A stretch of 64,000 bases of DNA from Balanoglossus misakiensis (Eukaryota; Animalia; Hemichordata), in NCBI GenBank assembly GCA_040954595.2, contig CM082578.2, positions 1,284,831 to 1,348,830 of the forward strand, written 5' to 3'. Shown here one piece after another: positions 1-12,773 of the stretch. Below the pieces are notes generated by a model. That model was given only the letters and a program-made list of their open reading frames with translations, did not search any database and was not told the DNA's origin. The position numbers and the translations under genes are program-made. How positions within the stretch are numbered: the stretch's first letter is position 1; each line of letters opens with the position of its first letter.

Positions 1-716
1 CCCGGACAAGTGAAAAATAAAAGTCTTTTGTCCGACGGACAAGTGACCTTTACCCTGTACTAAACGTGCGAGATCGTGGTTTACACCATGGTGATTACTT
101 GTACCGTCTGCCAAGTACAATGGATGACCTTACGACCTTTATCTACAAAGTTGCAAACTTAGTTTACGGACGCGCGTTTGACTTAGATACATTTTAGTTT
201 TTACCTACAACATTGTAACATGTTGATGGCCTATGAGACTAGGGCCTATGCTTAAACATCTGCTTCTGAAACCATGCTGAAACTGACTGATCGCCACCAT
301 ACATCAGCAGTCCTAGGTTTTGTTGAAAAGACATCTTCTGATGGGAGTTTCAATATAGATTTCACTGCATATTTCTGGATTTAGACTGGGTTAAGACAGT
401 ATTATTCCTATTGCATGCTTACATCAAAGGGTCACTCACATGCCCATTCAAGGAGGGGCATTTTATTTTTCAATTCAAATATGTCTTGGATTTATAGAAT
501 TTTTTGACATATTGCCACTTTTTAGCTTGGAAATTCTTATGAATTTTTCAAAGGCCAATATTGCAGTATTGCACATGCACGCCGAAATACACATACTGTA
601 TGGATATGAAAAAATTGTCAAATTGAAGGGCAAGTGTAATTTTCTGAAGGACAAGTGAAATTGTAAAGTCACTTGCCCTGTGGCAAGTGAATTTGTGAAA
701 AAAATTTCGAGGCCTG
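1..716. mobile_element. Non-autonomous hAT-like DNA transposon (other end just outside window)
   Basis: Ends ...aaaatttcgaggcctg (revcomp CAGGCCTCGAAA, hAT-type CAGG end); repeated subterminal GGACAAGTG/CACTTG motifs at 1-50 and 630-690. TSD cannot be checked. Confidence 0.5.
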
Positions 717-1359
717 CAAATGGCTGAATTTCATAATTGGATTTCATAATTTTGCCGTAATTCAGTTATGAAATGTGGAGAAACTCAGCAGACCAACTTT
801 GCACCGTTATTATTCATTTTGGATTTGTTTCTCTCCTGCTAACAAAAGTGTGCTCTCACCTTATGGCATGAACATGCATTGAATTCTGAGGAAAAGGGGA
901 TTAATACTTGAGTGTATTTACAAAGACAAACAAGCTCACTGGTAGCATTTAAAGGGGAAGTCCGGTTCAGCTACATAATTGGGTAGCTTTGAGGTCATTC
1001 TTTCAGAAAAAAACATTGTGTAGAAATTATGCATAAATCAGCTGAACAGTACTTCCCTTTTAATATTTCCAAGCAAGGCAATTGGTTTACTGCAACAATT
1101 ATTACTTTGAAAACACAGTGTAAAACAACAATCATGATATACCGGTAAATGTTACTTTAATAGATAGTCATACTTATATAAGCATGACTGTCTATGTTGG
1201 TCTGTAAGTTGTATTTGAAAGAAAAGTTTCATGTACGAATAGTACGAAGATTGACATTTAGTGTTCTATGTAATGGCTATAGTTTGTCATTCTATAAAAA
1301 CATATATTAATTTGTGTGTACTTCACCAATATTCTCTTCTTATTCCTAATCTTGTACAG

Positions 1360-3192
1360 CCGTGACGTGTATTGTACCCAACATTTCCAACCCAATCCCT
1401 ATTCCAAATCCACGTGAAGGATCCCTAGTCTGGAACATAGAGGAAACTGGTGATATTCTGGTGGAGTTCAATAGCACCATTACATTCTATTGTTTGGAGG
1501 GTTTTCAACTGAATGGACAGTCCACTCTGTTGTGTACAGTGGAAGGCCAGTATGATGCGGACTTTCCAACTTGCACACGTAAGTCAATATTTTTTTTTTT
1601 AATCAGAAAACCTTGATATTATTATACATCTGGCATCGAGAACAATAGAATTTGGCGTATGGAAGTTGTGTGTGGTTGAACGTTGATTCACTACATATCT
1701 ACATGTAGAATAACACAAACGGTGTCTTGTATTAAATATAATTAATGGAAAAAGGGCAGCGAGAGAGAGACTTTGTCCCTTAAAAAGTGATTACAGATTT
1801 ATCCCAGGCTCTTCCTTCAACTCAACTCTACGTGTATTTTCTACAGCTGCTGTCTGCAGTGAACCAGAGAGTATTGATCATGGCAGCTACGAGGTCAACG
1901 ATCCCAACTACAACTATCAGAGTGAAGTGACCTATAGTTGTGACATTGGATACAACTTATATGGTAGCCATGTCAGAGTGTGTACCTACAGCAGTCAAGA
2001 TGGTGATTACCGATGGAATTCCTCTCCTCCTGTCTGTCAACGTAAGTAACAGGAATGAATAATGCTATACCTTATATTCCTTAGAATTCTTTTGCATTCA
2101 ATAGATTGCAATACGCATTAAAGTTATGTAGCACTCTTTGATCAACAGTTGACACTACAGCATGAGCTTTCGGGAACATGTAGTCCCCTTCTTCAGATGC
2201 ACTCGTGGAAGATTCCAAGCTCATGCTGTAATTTCAACTGTTGATCAAAGAGTGCTACATAACTTTAATGCATATTGTACCGAAGATCACCACGGCAAAA
2301 CTCTGAATTGTCATTCTATAGATTCTATCATTTCTATAGAATTCAATAGAAACAGGCTTCAATACTTCAAAGAAAATATGTGCGCTATATAAGAACTCAC
2401 TATTATTATTTCTAGGTGTTGACTGTGGTTTGTTGACTGCGATTGAAGATGGCTCATGGGAATAGTGATGGCACTTGGTATGATAGTGTTGCTACACTCC
2501 AGTGTAACATGGCATATGAAGCACTTGGTAACACCAGGAGATATTGCACTGAAGATGGAACATGGAATGGCACCAGACCAAGATGTGTTGCTCAGGGTAA
2601 CGTAGAAAAGAATATTTCTTTCAGAGAAGCAATCACTTCTGTTTGATAATAGTTATACTCTGATGAAATTCATGACATTCACACACAATGTGTTGTTTGA
2701 ATACAGTGTAAAATGGGGAATTTTTGGGCCAGAAATTTTCGCAATATCAAAAAAGGCGACTGTTACACTTCGACTACTACTTTTTCACTTTCTTGTATTT
2801 CACTGCATCGTTATTTCCGAAAAACATTTTAAGCAACTTCGAAAACTACATACAAATATATAGATGTCCATAGAAATTATTTAAACTTATATAGAAATTC
2901 AAAAGGCTAATGAATTCTGTAGAATGATGTATATAGAATGTTTTTGTAAGGAATGACTTCTGTCTGAGTTGATGATTTAATATTGATAAGATACTTTGCT
3001 TCTTGACCTCAGGAGAATGTCAAGATCCTGGTACACCAGTCAACGGTCAGAGACATGGCAATGATTTCGACATTGGTTCTATAGTGTCATTCAGTTGTGA
3101 CTATGGATTCACACCAAGCCATCCAAACCCTTTGATGTGTGAAGGAGATGTTGTGACTGTGTTGCCAACAACACCTTCTACTACAACTACTG
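1360..3192 (+). CDS. Four sushi/CCP exons (1360-1578, 1847-2041, 2416-2596, 3013-3192); the 4th is only the N-terminal three-Cys part
   Basis: C..P...G....F.C..G+.L.G....C...G.W....P.C pattern, phase-1 introns. Exon 2416-2596 needs a 1-nt correction at tcatgggaat (~2460). Confidence 0.85.
2105..2280. mobile_element. Foldback MITE
   Basis: gcattaaagttatgtagcactctttgatcaacagttga...tcaactgttgatcaaagagtgctacataactttaatgc inverted arms of about 60 bp. Confidence 0.6.
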
Positions 3193-3401
3193 GTGTGTAT
3201 ATACTGTTGTTATAAACATCGTGGTGTGCTGAAACAGTACCGTGATAACTTCTATGTTCATGTAGTGTGATATATGGAGAAATGGTTCAGAATGCCCGCT
3301 TCCAAAACAACAGAGAGGCTTTAAAAGCTATTTGAATGTTGAAGTGAAACTTGATAAACAGAATTCAATCAGCATAACCTCTATTGCCTCCATTGTCATA
3401 G

Positions 3402-4461
3402 AAACGGAAACGGTCACAGACATGTCAACTGCAGAGCTTGGGACGACAGAAATGGATGGAACTGATAGAGCGGCAACAGAAGAGGAAGAAGTGACCACAT
3501 TGCGGATGAAAATCTCCACAGCAGCTGCAGACACAGATGTTATGAGAACCACCAAGAGAGCACAGACAGATGACATGGTAACCACAACGGCAGAAGTACA
3601 CACAGATGATGTGGCAACCACGGCGACAAAAGTACACACAGATGATTTGGTAACCACGACGGCAAGAGTACACACTGATGCTTAAACAAGAGATGCAACA
3701 GGTACGTCAAGTACAAACATCCACTGAATATCTGAAAACAATATGACAAGTTTACTTTACAGATGTCCTCTCAGTGGAAGTGATAGTATCTCATTTCTTT
3801 TAATTGTGGATTTTTGGTTTCTCATTTGTTAGCATAATGAAAAGCTGTATAATACAGGGGTCACCATGCTTGAATTTAGTCATGGCCTTGTGTAGTTGAA
3901 AAACAAACAAACAGCTGAGTCAGCATTTCTTCACCCAAAAACATTTAACGATATTTATCTCTGAATAGACTGTGGTGACCATACAATTTTATTTGACCAA
4001 TGAATTTATTTTCATTTAACTGAGCTAAATTGTCATGAAAATGACAATAGTAGTGAGTTTATATCAATCTAATCCCATGCGAAGAGACAAATGTGCACGA
4101 ATTTGCGCAGTTTACAAGTTTACGTTCTGTGTGTACATCAGTAATAGGTTGTGTAGCAAAATGTAGCAATAACATCCAAATTCCATTCCAGTCAAGTTAT
4201 TTATCATATAGTTATATTAAATAATTGATATTAAATAATCATTAGTGAGATCTATGGAATCTCACATATTTTAATGCAGAATGACTTGATTTCCATATGC
4301 AGGTTATGAGGCGCCATCAACGCAGGCAATCACTGTGACTGAAAGTAAACCAACGACAGATTCAGATAAAGAATTTACAACATCTGAAACTACTAGTGCA
4401 CCACTTTCAACTAAAATATCAACAACAAAACCATTGACACCTTCTCATGATGTATCAACAG
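3402..4461 (+). CDS. Thr-rich mucin-like exons 3402-3701 (in-frame TAA at 3683) and 4303-4461
   Basis: ETETVTDMSTAEL..., (VTTTAEVHTDD)-type repeats; AG/GT boundaries in phase 1. Confidence 0.7.
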
Positions 4462-5157
4462 GTAATTATACTGTGTATTCGTATAATTCGTATTCATATC
4501 AGTATTTGTCCTTTTATTGCCACAATTTAAGAAAGGAATATATTTTGTGGCAGAGAAATAGTAAATACTTAATACCGTATACCAGTATATCTAATTTTTT
4601 ACATTGGCAATATGGAGCAAGAAACATAGCATAGCGCTAGTCAAGTCTTGCCCCATTGTCACATATATAGTAATATACATTGCAATTACTGAACAATATT
4701 ATGGCTTCTGCTGAATGTGTGTGTGTACCGATAAACTGTGCATATTGACTGGCAGTGAGGGCAACAGCATACATTTGTTTCCCTAAGGGACTGTGAGTCA
4801 ACCCAGAACAGTCTGTTTTTAGAGGCTGAAGGCCGATGGAAACAGATTGTTTTGGGGGTAATTTGCATTCCCGAGGGGACACAAACGTATGCTGTTATCC
4901 GAACATGGCTAGTCGATATGTGTTTCAGTATCAGAAAGCAGCACAAATCAGGAAATTTCTCTGCTGTACATCATCAATTGGTCTTCATTGTAGATGGTAT
5001 ATCACCACTGTACAAGGTCCCATACCTGTAAATAAATGATAAAAGCTTACACACAAACACATTTCACCAGATTAGAAAATGTACCACACAAACCCATTTT
5101 AGGATATTAACTCTTCTTGCAGCAAAGAATATCTTGCTTGTGTTGTTGATTTTACAG

Positions 5158-8100
5158 TCAGTAGAGATTGTGGAACCTTTGAGACTTTTGTAAACGCAAC
5201 TTGTGAGAAGTACATTGAGTCACCAACTGATGGTACCTGTTCATTTGGAACATTCTACACAAGTATGGTTGCTGGTATGGACAATTTTCAAGATTCACAT
5301 GTAAGTATACTATAAAGTTAGTTCTTGAAAGTCTATGTACCGGTAAATGTTTGGCTCCAGTGTCAATACTGACCAGATTGTCTCCAATTTCTCATTGTGA
5401 TTTGTAACATTGTTATGAATGATTTTATTTTGTCTTGTTTTATGTGTTGCACTGTATTTTTTTAAATTTCTCACCCAAGATTGATTTAATCACTAAATGT
5501 ACTTGAAAAAAACTGCATACTGTAGTATTTCCAGTGTTGTCTAAAGGAGTTTTTTGGTTTGTGTAATTGCAGGTTTGCGGGCAATGCCTGAACGTGATTG
5601 GTTCAAATGATGTATCTGTAGTTGTCCGGGTAACAGACATGTGCATGTACCCGTACTGCATTAGTGATGAAGATGGTCTGGTTCTAAGTCAGGATGCTTA
5701 CAACATCTTGTCAGATGGTGAAAGTCCTTCATCTCTTCTTGTATCCTACTCAGTTGTTGCCTGTCCTGAGGATGTCTCTATCAAGTTCAAGGTTTGTGAA
5801 ACAACACAATTATTCACTAATTTAGATACCCTTTTCTTTAATTGCTACTTAAAAGTAAATATTCACCTGTAGTTGTCACATCACTGCAAAATTGTTTGAA
5901 ACCTCACTAGCCACATTTTAAATAGTATTTGTAAGATTGAAGTTAAAATTGTCAGGAGTGGTCCATCTGTTTCTTTACTGGAAGTTTAGATCTCTTGGAA
6001 ATCAAACCAGTCTCAACTGATTTGGACTAGGGCAGATCCAGTGGGGACTAGGACATTGACAATAATGTGTTGCTCTATAAACCCTGTGCAGCCCAGCGCG
6101 CCCTCAGACGTCCAATATCGGAGAAACCAAATCGTCCGTAAACGTCCGATGATTCCAGAACATCGGGCGATTCAAAAAGTGTGGGATACGTAACGGTTTC
6201 CTGTGAAATACGTGTTATCTTTTTCTAATGACGTATTAAACATATGATAGGCTCCCATTTCCCGCCAAGAAAATATCATGTGACCATTTGAACTTTTGCC
6301 CCTATCAACGATTGAAATCTCCAGGGACGCGCTGCCAACTATTTTTAGACAAATTATTCACGTCTTCTGAATATATAAATATCGGGAATTGTGACAGGAA
6401 AGTTATCAGGTTATGGATCCTGGAAGAGCAAATGCCGAAATTATGAGAATATTTCTAGAAGACGATGATGACGAAGAAGAATTTTTAGGGTTTGAAAATA
6501 TCGAAACAGCGAGCGACATCGATGTTCGCGAGCTCGATGAAGCCCTGTGTGAAGTTTTGAATTTTGAGACGGTCGCCGATGAATTGCAACCGGAAGTACC
6601 GGACGATTTACGCAACATCCCCTGGTCATCGGACCTCGAGGGTTTTGATTTGCCTCCGTTTCTTGTTGCGGAATCTGGTCCGAACCACCGTTTAGAAGTG
6701 GGTGCGCAGCCAGTGCAGTTTTTCCAGCAGTTGATTCCCCAATACTTCATGCAACAACTTGCCGACGAGACGAACCGGTATGCTGCACAATGTCAACAAG
6801 TCCGTGGACCAGATAAGTATTGGCATGAAACGAAGCCGGACGAAATACGGGCTTTTATTGCTGTGAATATTTTGATGGGAATTCACTCTTTGCCGGAGGT
6901 TAATGATTATTGGTCCACTGATGACAGATTGCAGGTACCAGGAATCGCAAAGATCATGCCAAAGAACAGATATAAGAAACTATGCCAGTACTTTCATGTA
7001 AACAATAATGACCTTGATTTGCCCCGAGATGACCCCGATCGCGATCGTATGTTTAAAATCCGGCCGCTGTTAGACATCATTCACCTGTCGTTTCCTGCTA
7101 ATTATGTGCCATTTCGAGAGCTGTCAATTGACGAGGCCATGGTCAGATTCAAAGGACACAGCTACATGATACAATACATGCCGGCAAAACCAGTCAAGTG
7201 GGGATTCAAGATCTGGATGATTGCCTGCCCCCGTACCGGCTACTGCCTCAACCTTGCCCCATATACGGGAAAGAAGGACGGACAGGTTGCACAGAAAGGG
7301 CTAGGATATTCCGTGGTGTGGAATCTTTCTCACATGTACCATAACATGGGACATATTTTATTCTTTGACAACTTTTTTAGTTCAGCCAGACTGGCTTTGG
7401 ATTTACTCGGGGAGGGGACATTTTGCTGTGGCACTGTTCGGCCGAACAGAGTGGGTTTCCCTGCAGACCTCCGCAACGTCAAGCTGGGCTTGAACCAGTC
7501 GGCAGTTCGCCAGTTTGGGAAGTTGGTTGCGACGTCATGGGTTGACAAGCGCACGGTGAATACTCTGTCAACATCATCACAACCAGAGTCAACCACTGTG
7601 AGGCGGAGAGGTGGAGAAATTTCCTGCCCGAAGAGTGTCATCCAGTACAACCTGTTCATGGGAGGAGTGGATTTGTCTGATCAACTGGCAACTTATTATC
7701 CACTCGGCGGCAAGCATTACAAATACTGGAAATATCTATTCTGGTCCATCATGAATAGAGCTATTTGTAATGCTTGGATCATGTATAAAGTTGCTAATAC
7801 ACCATCCCCAAAGCAACGATACAGGCAAAAAGATTTCCGCCTTGACCTTGCTACGCAGTTGGTAGCAGGATTCAGTGGCAGGAAACGACCTGGTCCTCCG
7901 CCGGCTGTTCCAGTTCTTCTGCCAGCATCGATCTCCGCGGAAAACCTACCAAGCCCTGACCTGGTGCGGCTGGAGAATGCCAGAGGCAAGAAGAACTGTG
8001 TGCTATGTGCTCAACTGGGAAAGAGAGCAAAGTCTGGAAGAGGAATACAGACATCGTGGATGTGTGCCAAGTGTAAGGTGGCTCTGTGTAAAGTTGACTG

Positions 8101-8944
8101 CTTCATCAGGTACCACGCCGTTCAGCTGACTGGCACCGGACGTTAATGCCAGTGACTGTGTGTTGACAGCCAAAACTGTAAAGGAACTAATGGATTGTAA
8201 ATAGACTGTATATACGTTTTTATAATTATGTTTTATTCGAAGTTGTTGAAACTGAAAAGTGTTTAAAATTCGCCCCCAACAGTTCATACAGGTAAAGTGT
8301 AATTGAATTTATTTGCTTTCATTTTCATTTTAGCATCATTTGAAAGCATATTTTTTTAGCTTTCATATAAATATTTGTTGCTATAGTCAATTTTTAGCTC
8401 ATTTTTTGTTATATTGAATAAAAGAAATCACTGTCAGTCATTGAATAATATTTTCTAATTTGAGTGGAAAGTTCTGGTCTCCACTGTGTATTGTTATGCA
8501 AATGAGCTGGGCTGCATAGGGTTAATTTCAAAATATTATGACCGACTAGGGACTGTCATTCATTTTTTGAGTGTACCACATTTTGATTGATTGATTTGTT
8601 GATTTAGTTTGCAGAGAGCATTTCTGCATCATTCAGCTTATTAATATTGGATCATCGTTACCCTGTCACCACTGTGGAAGTCCACACAACTGGTCCCTGG
8701 ATTACTCTAGACAGACTCAGTGATAACTTATTTGAACCACCCATTGGTTCTGGTGATATACAAGCCCCTCTCAATGTCAAGGTCTATTCGGTGTCTGGTA
8801 AAATTAACTACAGGGTTAGAGAGTTTCATTTTGGTGGGATTATTGACACCTCCAAGCAATTTCAACATTGTGAGGATGATGAGCTTGAAGTTACTACACT
8901 TCCAGACTTTGGAATAGTTACAACAATCGAGAGTACGCTTGAAG
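5158..8944 (+). CDS. Expansin-like module 1 (exons 5158-5300, 5573-5791, 8608-8944): DPBB domain plus CBM63-like domain
   Basis: Spliced translation has GTCSFG, CGQCLNV, VVVRVTDMC, GLVLSQDAYNIL, VSYSVVACP, ILDHRYPVTTVEV, WITLDRLSDNLF, PLNVKVYSVSG, colinear with bacterial EXLX1/YoaJ-type expansin motifs. Confidence 0.8.
6082..8521 (+). mobile_element. piggyBac DNA transposon, full length (2440 bp), intronic
   Basis: TIRs CCCTGTGCAGCCCAGC / GCTGGGCTGCATAGGG; flanks TAAA (6078-81) and TTAA (8522-25); absent from the paralogous intron at ~22410. Confidence 0.95.
6413..8146 (+). CDS. piggyBac transposase (577 aa), apparently intact
   Basis: DDD motifs SIDEAM, FFDNFF, MGGVDLSDQ; KPVKWGFK; C-terminal Cys-rich domain CVLC...CAKC...LC...CFIRYH; acidic N-terminus. 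Confidence 0.95.
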   Translation: MDPGRANAEIMRIFLEDDDDEEEFLGFENIETASDIDVRELDEALCEVLNFETVADELQPEVPDDLRNIPWSSDLEGFDLPPFLVAESGPNHRLEVGAQPVQFFQQLIPQYFMQQLADETNRYAAQCQQVRGPDKYWHETKPDEIRAFIAVNILMGIHSLPEVNDYWSTDDRLQVPGIAKIMPKNRYKKLCQYFHVNNNDLDLPRDDPDRDRMFKIRPLLDIIHLSFPANYVPFRELSIDEAMVRFKGHSYMIQYMPAKPVKWGFKIWMIACPRTGYCLNLAPYTGKKDGQVAQKGLGYSVVWNLSHMYHNMGHILFFDNFFSSARLALDLLGEGTFCCGTVRPNRVGFPADLRNVKLGLNQSAVRQFGKLVATSWVDKRTVNTLSTSSQPESTTVRRRGGEISCPKSVIQYNLFMGGVDLSDQLATYYPLGGKHYKYWKYLFWSIMNRAICNAWIMYKVANTPSPKQRYRQKDFRLDLATQLVAGFSGRKRPGPPPAVPVLLPASISAENLPSPDLVRLENARGKKNCVLCAQLGKRAKSGRGIQTSWMCAKCKVALCKVDCFIRYHAVQLTGTGR

Positions 8945-9182
8945 GTCAGATTGTGTTTCAGTTTCATAGTTTAGGTCCCGTTTGGTATATACCAGTATAC
9001 ATGTATACTATACCATGGGACCTTATGGGATCAGTTTAGTCTGTCTGTATGTATGTACTGTAAAACGGGTTATTTTCGTGATGGGAAATTTGTTTGCGAT
9101 ATCAATGGAGGCAATTGTTATTATGCGAGGATTAATTTTTGCATTTGCTTATTTTCTTCGTGTTTCATTTCTGCCAAAACAG

Positions 9183-10123
9183 ATGAGATGCAATCTACTC
9201 AGGAGGGTCCAACGACATTGCCTGGGTACATTACAACCCGGGGGCCTGAGACTGATTCCTTCACCAGTCGGTCTACAAGAACTGAAGTGACAAGTGGTAC
9301 AACAGTTTCATCTGAAGAGATCACAACTGGTCTCCACTCGACCACCCATGTTATAGTCACAGATCAGGATGAAGTCAGCTCAGCAATATCCGAGACTGTC
9401 ACAACGTCAACTCTGTCAACAACAAGCGTCAATCCAACCATACTTTCAACAGTTGAAGATGAAGAAGACACAACCACAGAAACAACATCAAGAACTGATA
9501 TAGGCCCAACTGCAACAGATGTAACAAGTGCTGAAAGAGCAACTACTGATATCAAGCCTAACCCAACAACAGTCGAGCCTGAAGTCACGCCTGATGTTAC
9601 AGAATATGAAATCAGGTCAACAGAATCAAAGACAAGAATAGTAACAGATGTAGATACAAGTACATCCCTGCCTACAACTAGTGTCCAAGAACTGACCACC
9701 AAACGCACCGAATTTCAATCGAAATCTTCAGAACCACTTTCATCTAAAATATCAACAACAGAGTCTGCAAGTGTCAATCCAACCATACTTTCAACAGTTG
9801 AAGATGAAGAAGACACAACCACAGAGAGAACAGATATAGGCCCAACTGCAACAGATGTAACAAAAGTGCTCAAAGAGGAACAACTGACATCAAGCCTAAC
9901 CCTACAACAGCTGAGCCAGTCACACCTGATGTTACAAAGTCTTTGACAACAGAATATGAAATCAGGTCAACAGAATCCAAAACAAGTACATCCCTGCCTA
10001 CAACTAGTGTCAAAGAACTGACCACCGAACGCACTGAATTTCAATCGAAATCTTCAGAACCACTTTCAACAACTAAAATATCAACAACAAAACCAGTGAC
10101 ACCTTCTCATGATGTAACAACAG
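9183..10123 (+). CDS. Ser/Thr mucin-like exon of repeat unit 1, with internal duplication and frameshift near 9862
   Basis: DEMQSTQEGPTTLPG...; gtaacaaaagtgc here vs gtaacaagtgc in the other copies (+2 nt). Confidence 0.75.
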
Positions 10124-12321
10124 GTAATTATACTACTTGTAAAAACTACGCATGTAAACTCATCTTGGGCAGCTAATGGTTGCCACAAAGAAAAAGGTCT
10201 TGTACACGTTGGTTGCAATTGCCAGCAACTGTCCAAATGCACACTATTTGGCTGAAATTCAGCAGAAGTATACAAGTCATGGAGGTGAAGAAAAATACAC
10301 CTGTTTTTCAAAAATCAGTATTGTTTATGACATATAACATGAAACCATCAATTTTTGTGCATAAATTAAGTTTTATGGTTGTGTGATTTTGATTGAACCC
10401 AAGATTACATATTGATTGAATATTAAATAATTTATCTTAATACTGGTGTTGTTGTTTTTGCAGTCAGTAAAGATTGTGATACCTTTGAGACTTTTGTAAA
10501 CGCAACTTGTGAGAAGTACCGTGAGACACCAACTGATGGTACCTGTTCATTTGGAACATTTTACACAAGTATGGTTGCTGGTATGGCCAATTTTCAAGAT
10601 TCACATGTAAGTATAGATAACGTTAGTTCTGAAAGTCCTTGTACATGATTGGCTGTGATGTCAATACTGACCAGATAGTCTCTCATTTTGAGTCATTGTG
10701 ATTTGTAACAACTTTTGTTATGAATAATTTTATTTCATCGTGTTTGTCTAAGTTTGTGTGTTGCACTGTTTTTCTTTGAAATTTCCTCAGCTTAATTTGA
10801 TTAAGCACTTAAACCAAAACCTGCAGTGTTGTCTAAAGAAGGAGTTAGTTGGTTTGTTGAAATAGTATACATGCATTTTGATACCTTCATGTGTGATTGC
10901 AGGTTTGTGGGCAATGCCTGAACGTGATTGGTTCAAATGATGCATCTGTAGTTGTCCGGGTAACAGACATGTGCATGTACCCATACTGCATGATTGATGA
11001 AGATGGTCTGGTTCTAAGTGGGGATGCTTACAACATCTTGTCAGATGGTGAAAGTCCTTCATCTCTTCTTGTATCCTACTCAGTTGTTGCCTGTCCTGAG
11101 GATGTCTCTATCAAGTTCAAGGTTTGTGAAACAACACAAGTATTAACTAATTTAGATACCCTTGTCTTAAATTGCTACTTAAAAGTAAATATTCACTTGT
11201 AGTTGTCTCATCACTGCAAAATTGTTTGAAACCTCACAAGCCATCTTCTTAACAGTATTTTTAACTCATGATTGTCTATGGGGCCGAGCCTCAACGCATA
11301 TACACAAACTTTGTGTGTGTGGACACAATGCTCTGAGTTTATCATAGGCAAATAGTGTCTCACATTTTTCTCTGTGTGAACCTGGTATGTGTCATTCATT
11401 TTGTGAGTGTATCACATATTGATTGATTGATTTGTTTATTTAGTTTGCAGAGAGCATTTCTGCATCATTCAGCTTATTAACCCTCTTGCTACCAGGGGTC
11501 AAAACCCGTTGGGCTGCCGACTCGTTACGAGACCGCCTCCTTTTCGGTGTATGTAGAATCCGGCATTCTACACCCGCTGGATTACCAGGCTTTTTGCCTG
11601 AAAATTGGGTTTTTGGAGGGTCATTTTAGCTGCTTTTGAACGTGCTAGACTTCAAGTTTGGCACAGTCCCGTGTCGGCGGGACCTCAAACAACAATTAAC
11701 CGGGTAAAAGTTGTGGGGTCATCGGGTTCGTTCCCCTGGGAGGGGAGCGTCTGTAAACGTCGTTTCGAGGCTTACTTTTACGAAAATAAAGTTAGTGTGT
11801 TAGTACACGCCACATCACGTCACAACAACGACACCATCAGTTATTAGTAGGGTACCCAGGGTGTACCGCCAGGGGTGTTCGGGCACCCCTTCCCCTGCCA
11901 CTTTCCCGTAGGGTACGAGTTAGTTCGACACGTAATGCGAACGACTGGACACTGGCGCACAGTGTTCCGCTCTACAGCCGCCTGACAACGACTCATTCTC
12001 GCACACAAGACACACACGGACGTTGTGATAACGACACGTTGGTTAGTTACGCACAGTAGACAGACGTTCATTACGGTGTTAATACGCTATAGTTTTTTAC
12101 GGTACAGGGTTGTACCGACACGGTCACAGGTAACCCGCAAGTTCTGCAGGCCCCATTGCACCATTTCGGCCAGGGGCGAGTGTCGAACCGGACGACTATT
12201 TACACAAGACCCCCGTTACTGTGCATCATATTAGAGGGATTAACACCACCACAGGTTGCCTCATAAATAGCACTTTATTTCCTAAAAAAGAGTGATTCGT
12301 GCACCGTTACAGTAACATCAT

Positions 12322-12773
12322 ACAATCCGTGTTTCAGTGTTCGCAAGTAACCTGTCCGTTTCTCACAGTCTGTGTTTCATTGTCCGTAAATGAGGCTCAG
12401 TCACCTCGTAGCCCTACTCAAGGGCATAATTTAGTGGGGGTCCACAGAAAAAAATGACTAAAGTCCGCGCAAACGGGGCTCGTTCAAGACAAGCCCATGT
12501 CACAATCCGTGTTTCAGTGTCCGCAAGTAACCTGTCCGTTTCTCACAGTCCGTGTTTCATTGTCCGTAAATGAGGCTCGGTCACCTCGTAGCCCTACTCA
12601 AGGGCATAATTTAGTGGGGGTCCACAGAAAAAAATTACTAAAGTCCGCGCAAACGGGGCTCGTTCAAGACGAGCCCATGTCACAATCCGTGTTTCAGTGT
12701 CCGCAAGTAACCTGTCCGTTTCTCACAGTCCGTGTTTCATTGTCCGTAAATGAGGCTCGGTCACCTCGTAGCC
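12322..12773. repeat. 180-bp tandem repeat, about 2.5 copies, at the transposase 3' end
   Basis: acaatccgtgtttcagtgt recurs at 12322, 12502 and 12682; unit has a GGGCTCGT-n5-ACGAGCCC hairpin and several TCCG motifs. Confidence 0.95.

Noticed and set aside
3328-9708. Val/Ser-rich minus-strand ORFs (3328-3675, 9364-9708; also 23615-23938)
   Set aside because: Antisense shadows of Thr-rich mucin exons.
12322-12773. Hammerhead ribozyme in the 180-bp repeat
   Set aside because: GAAA motifs and hairpins are present but no CUGAnGA core with matching stems could be found by eye.
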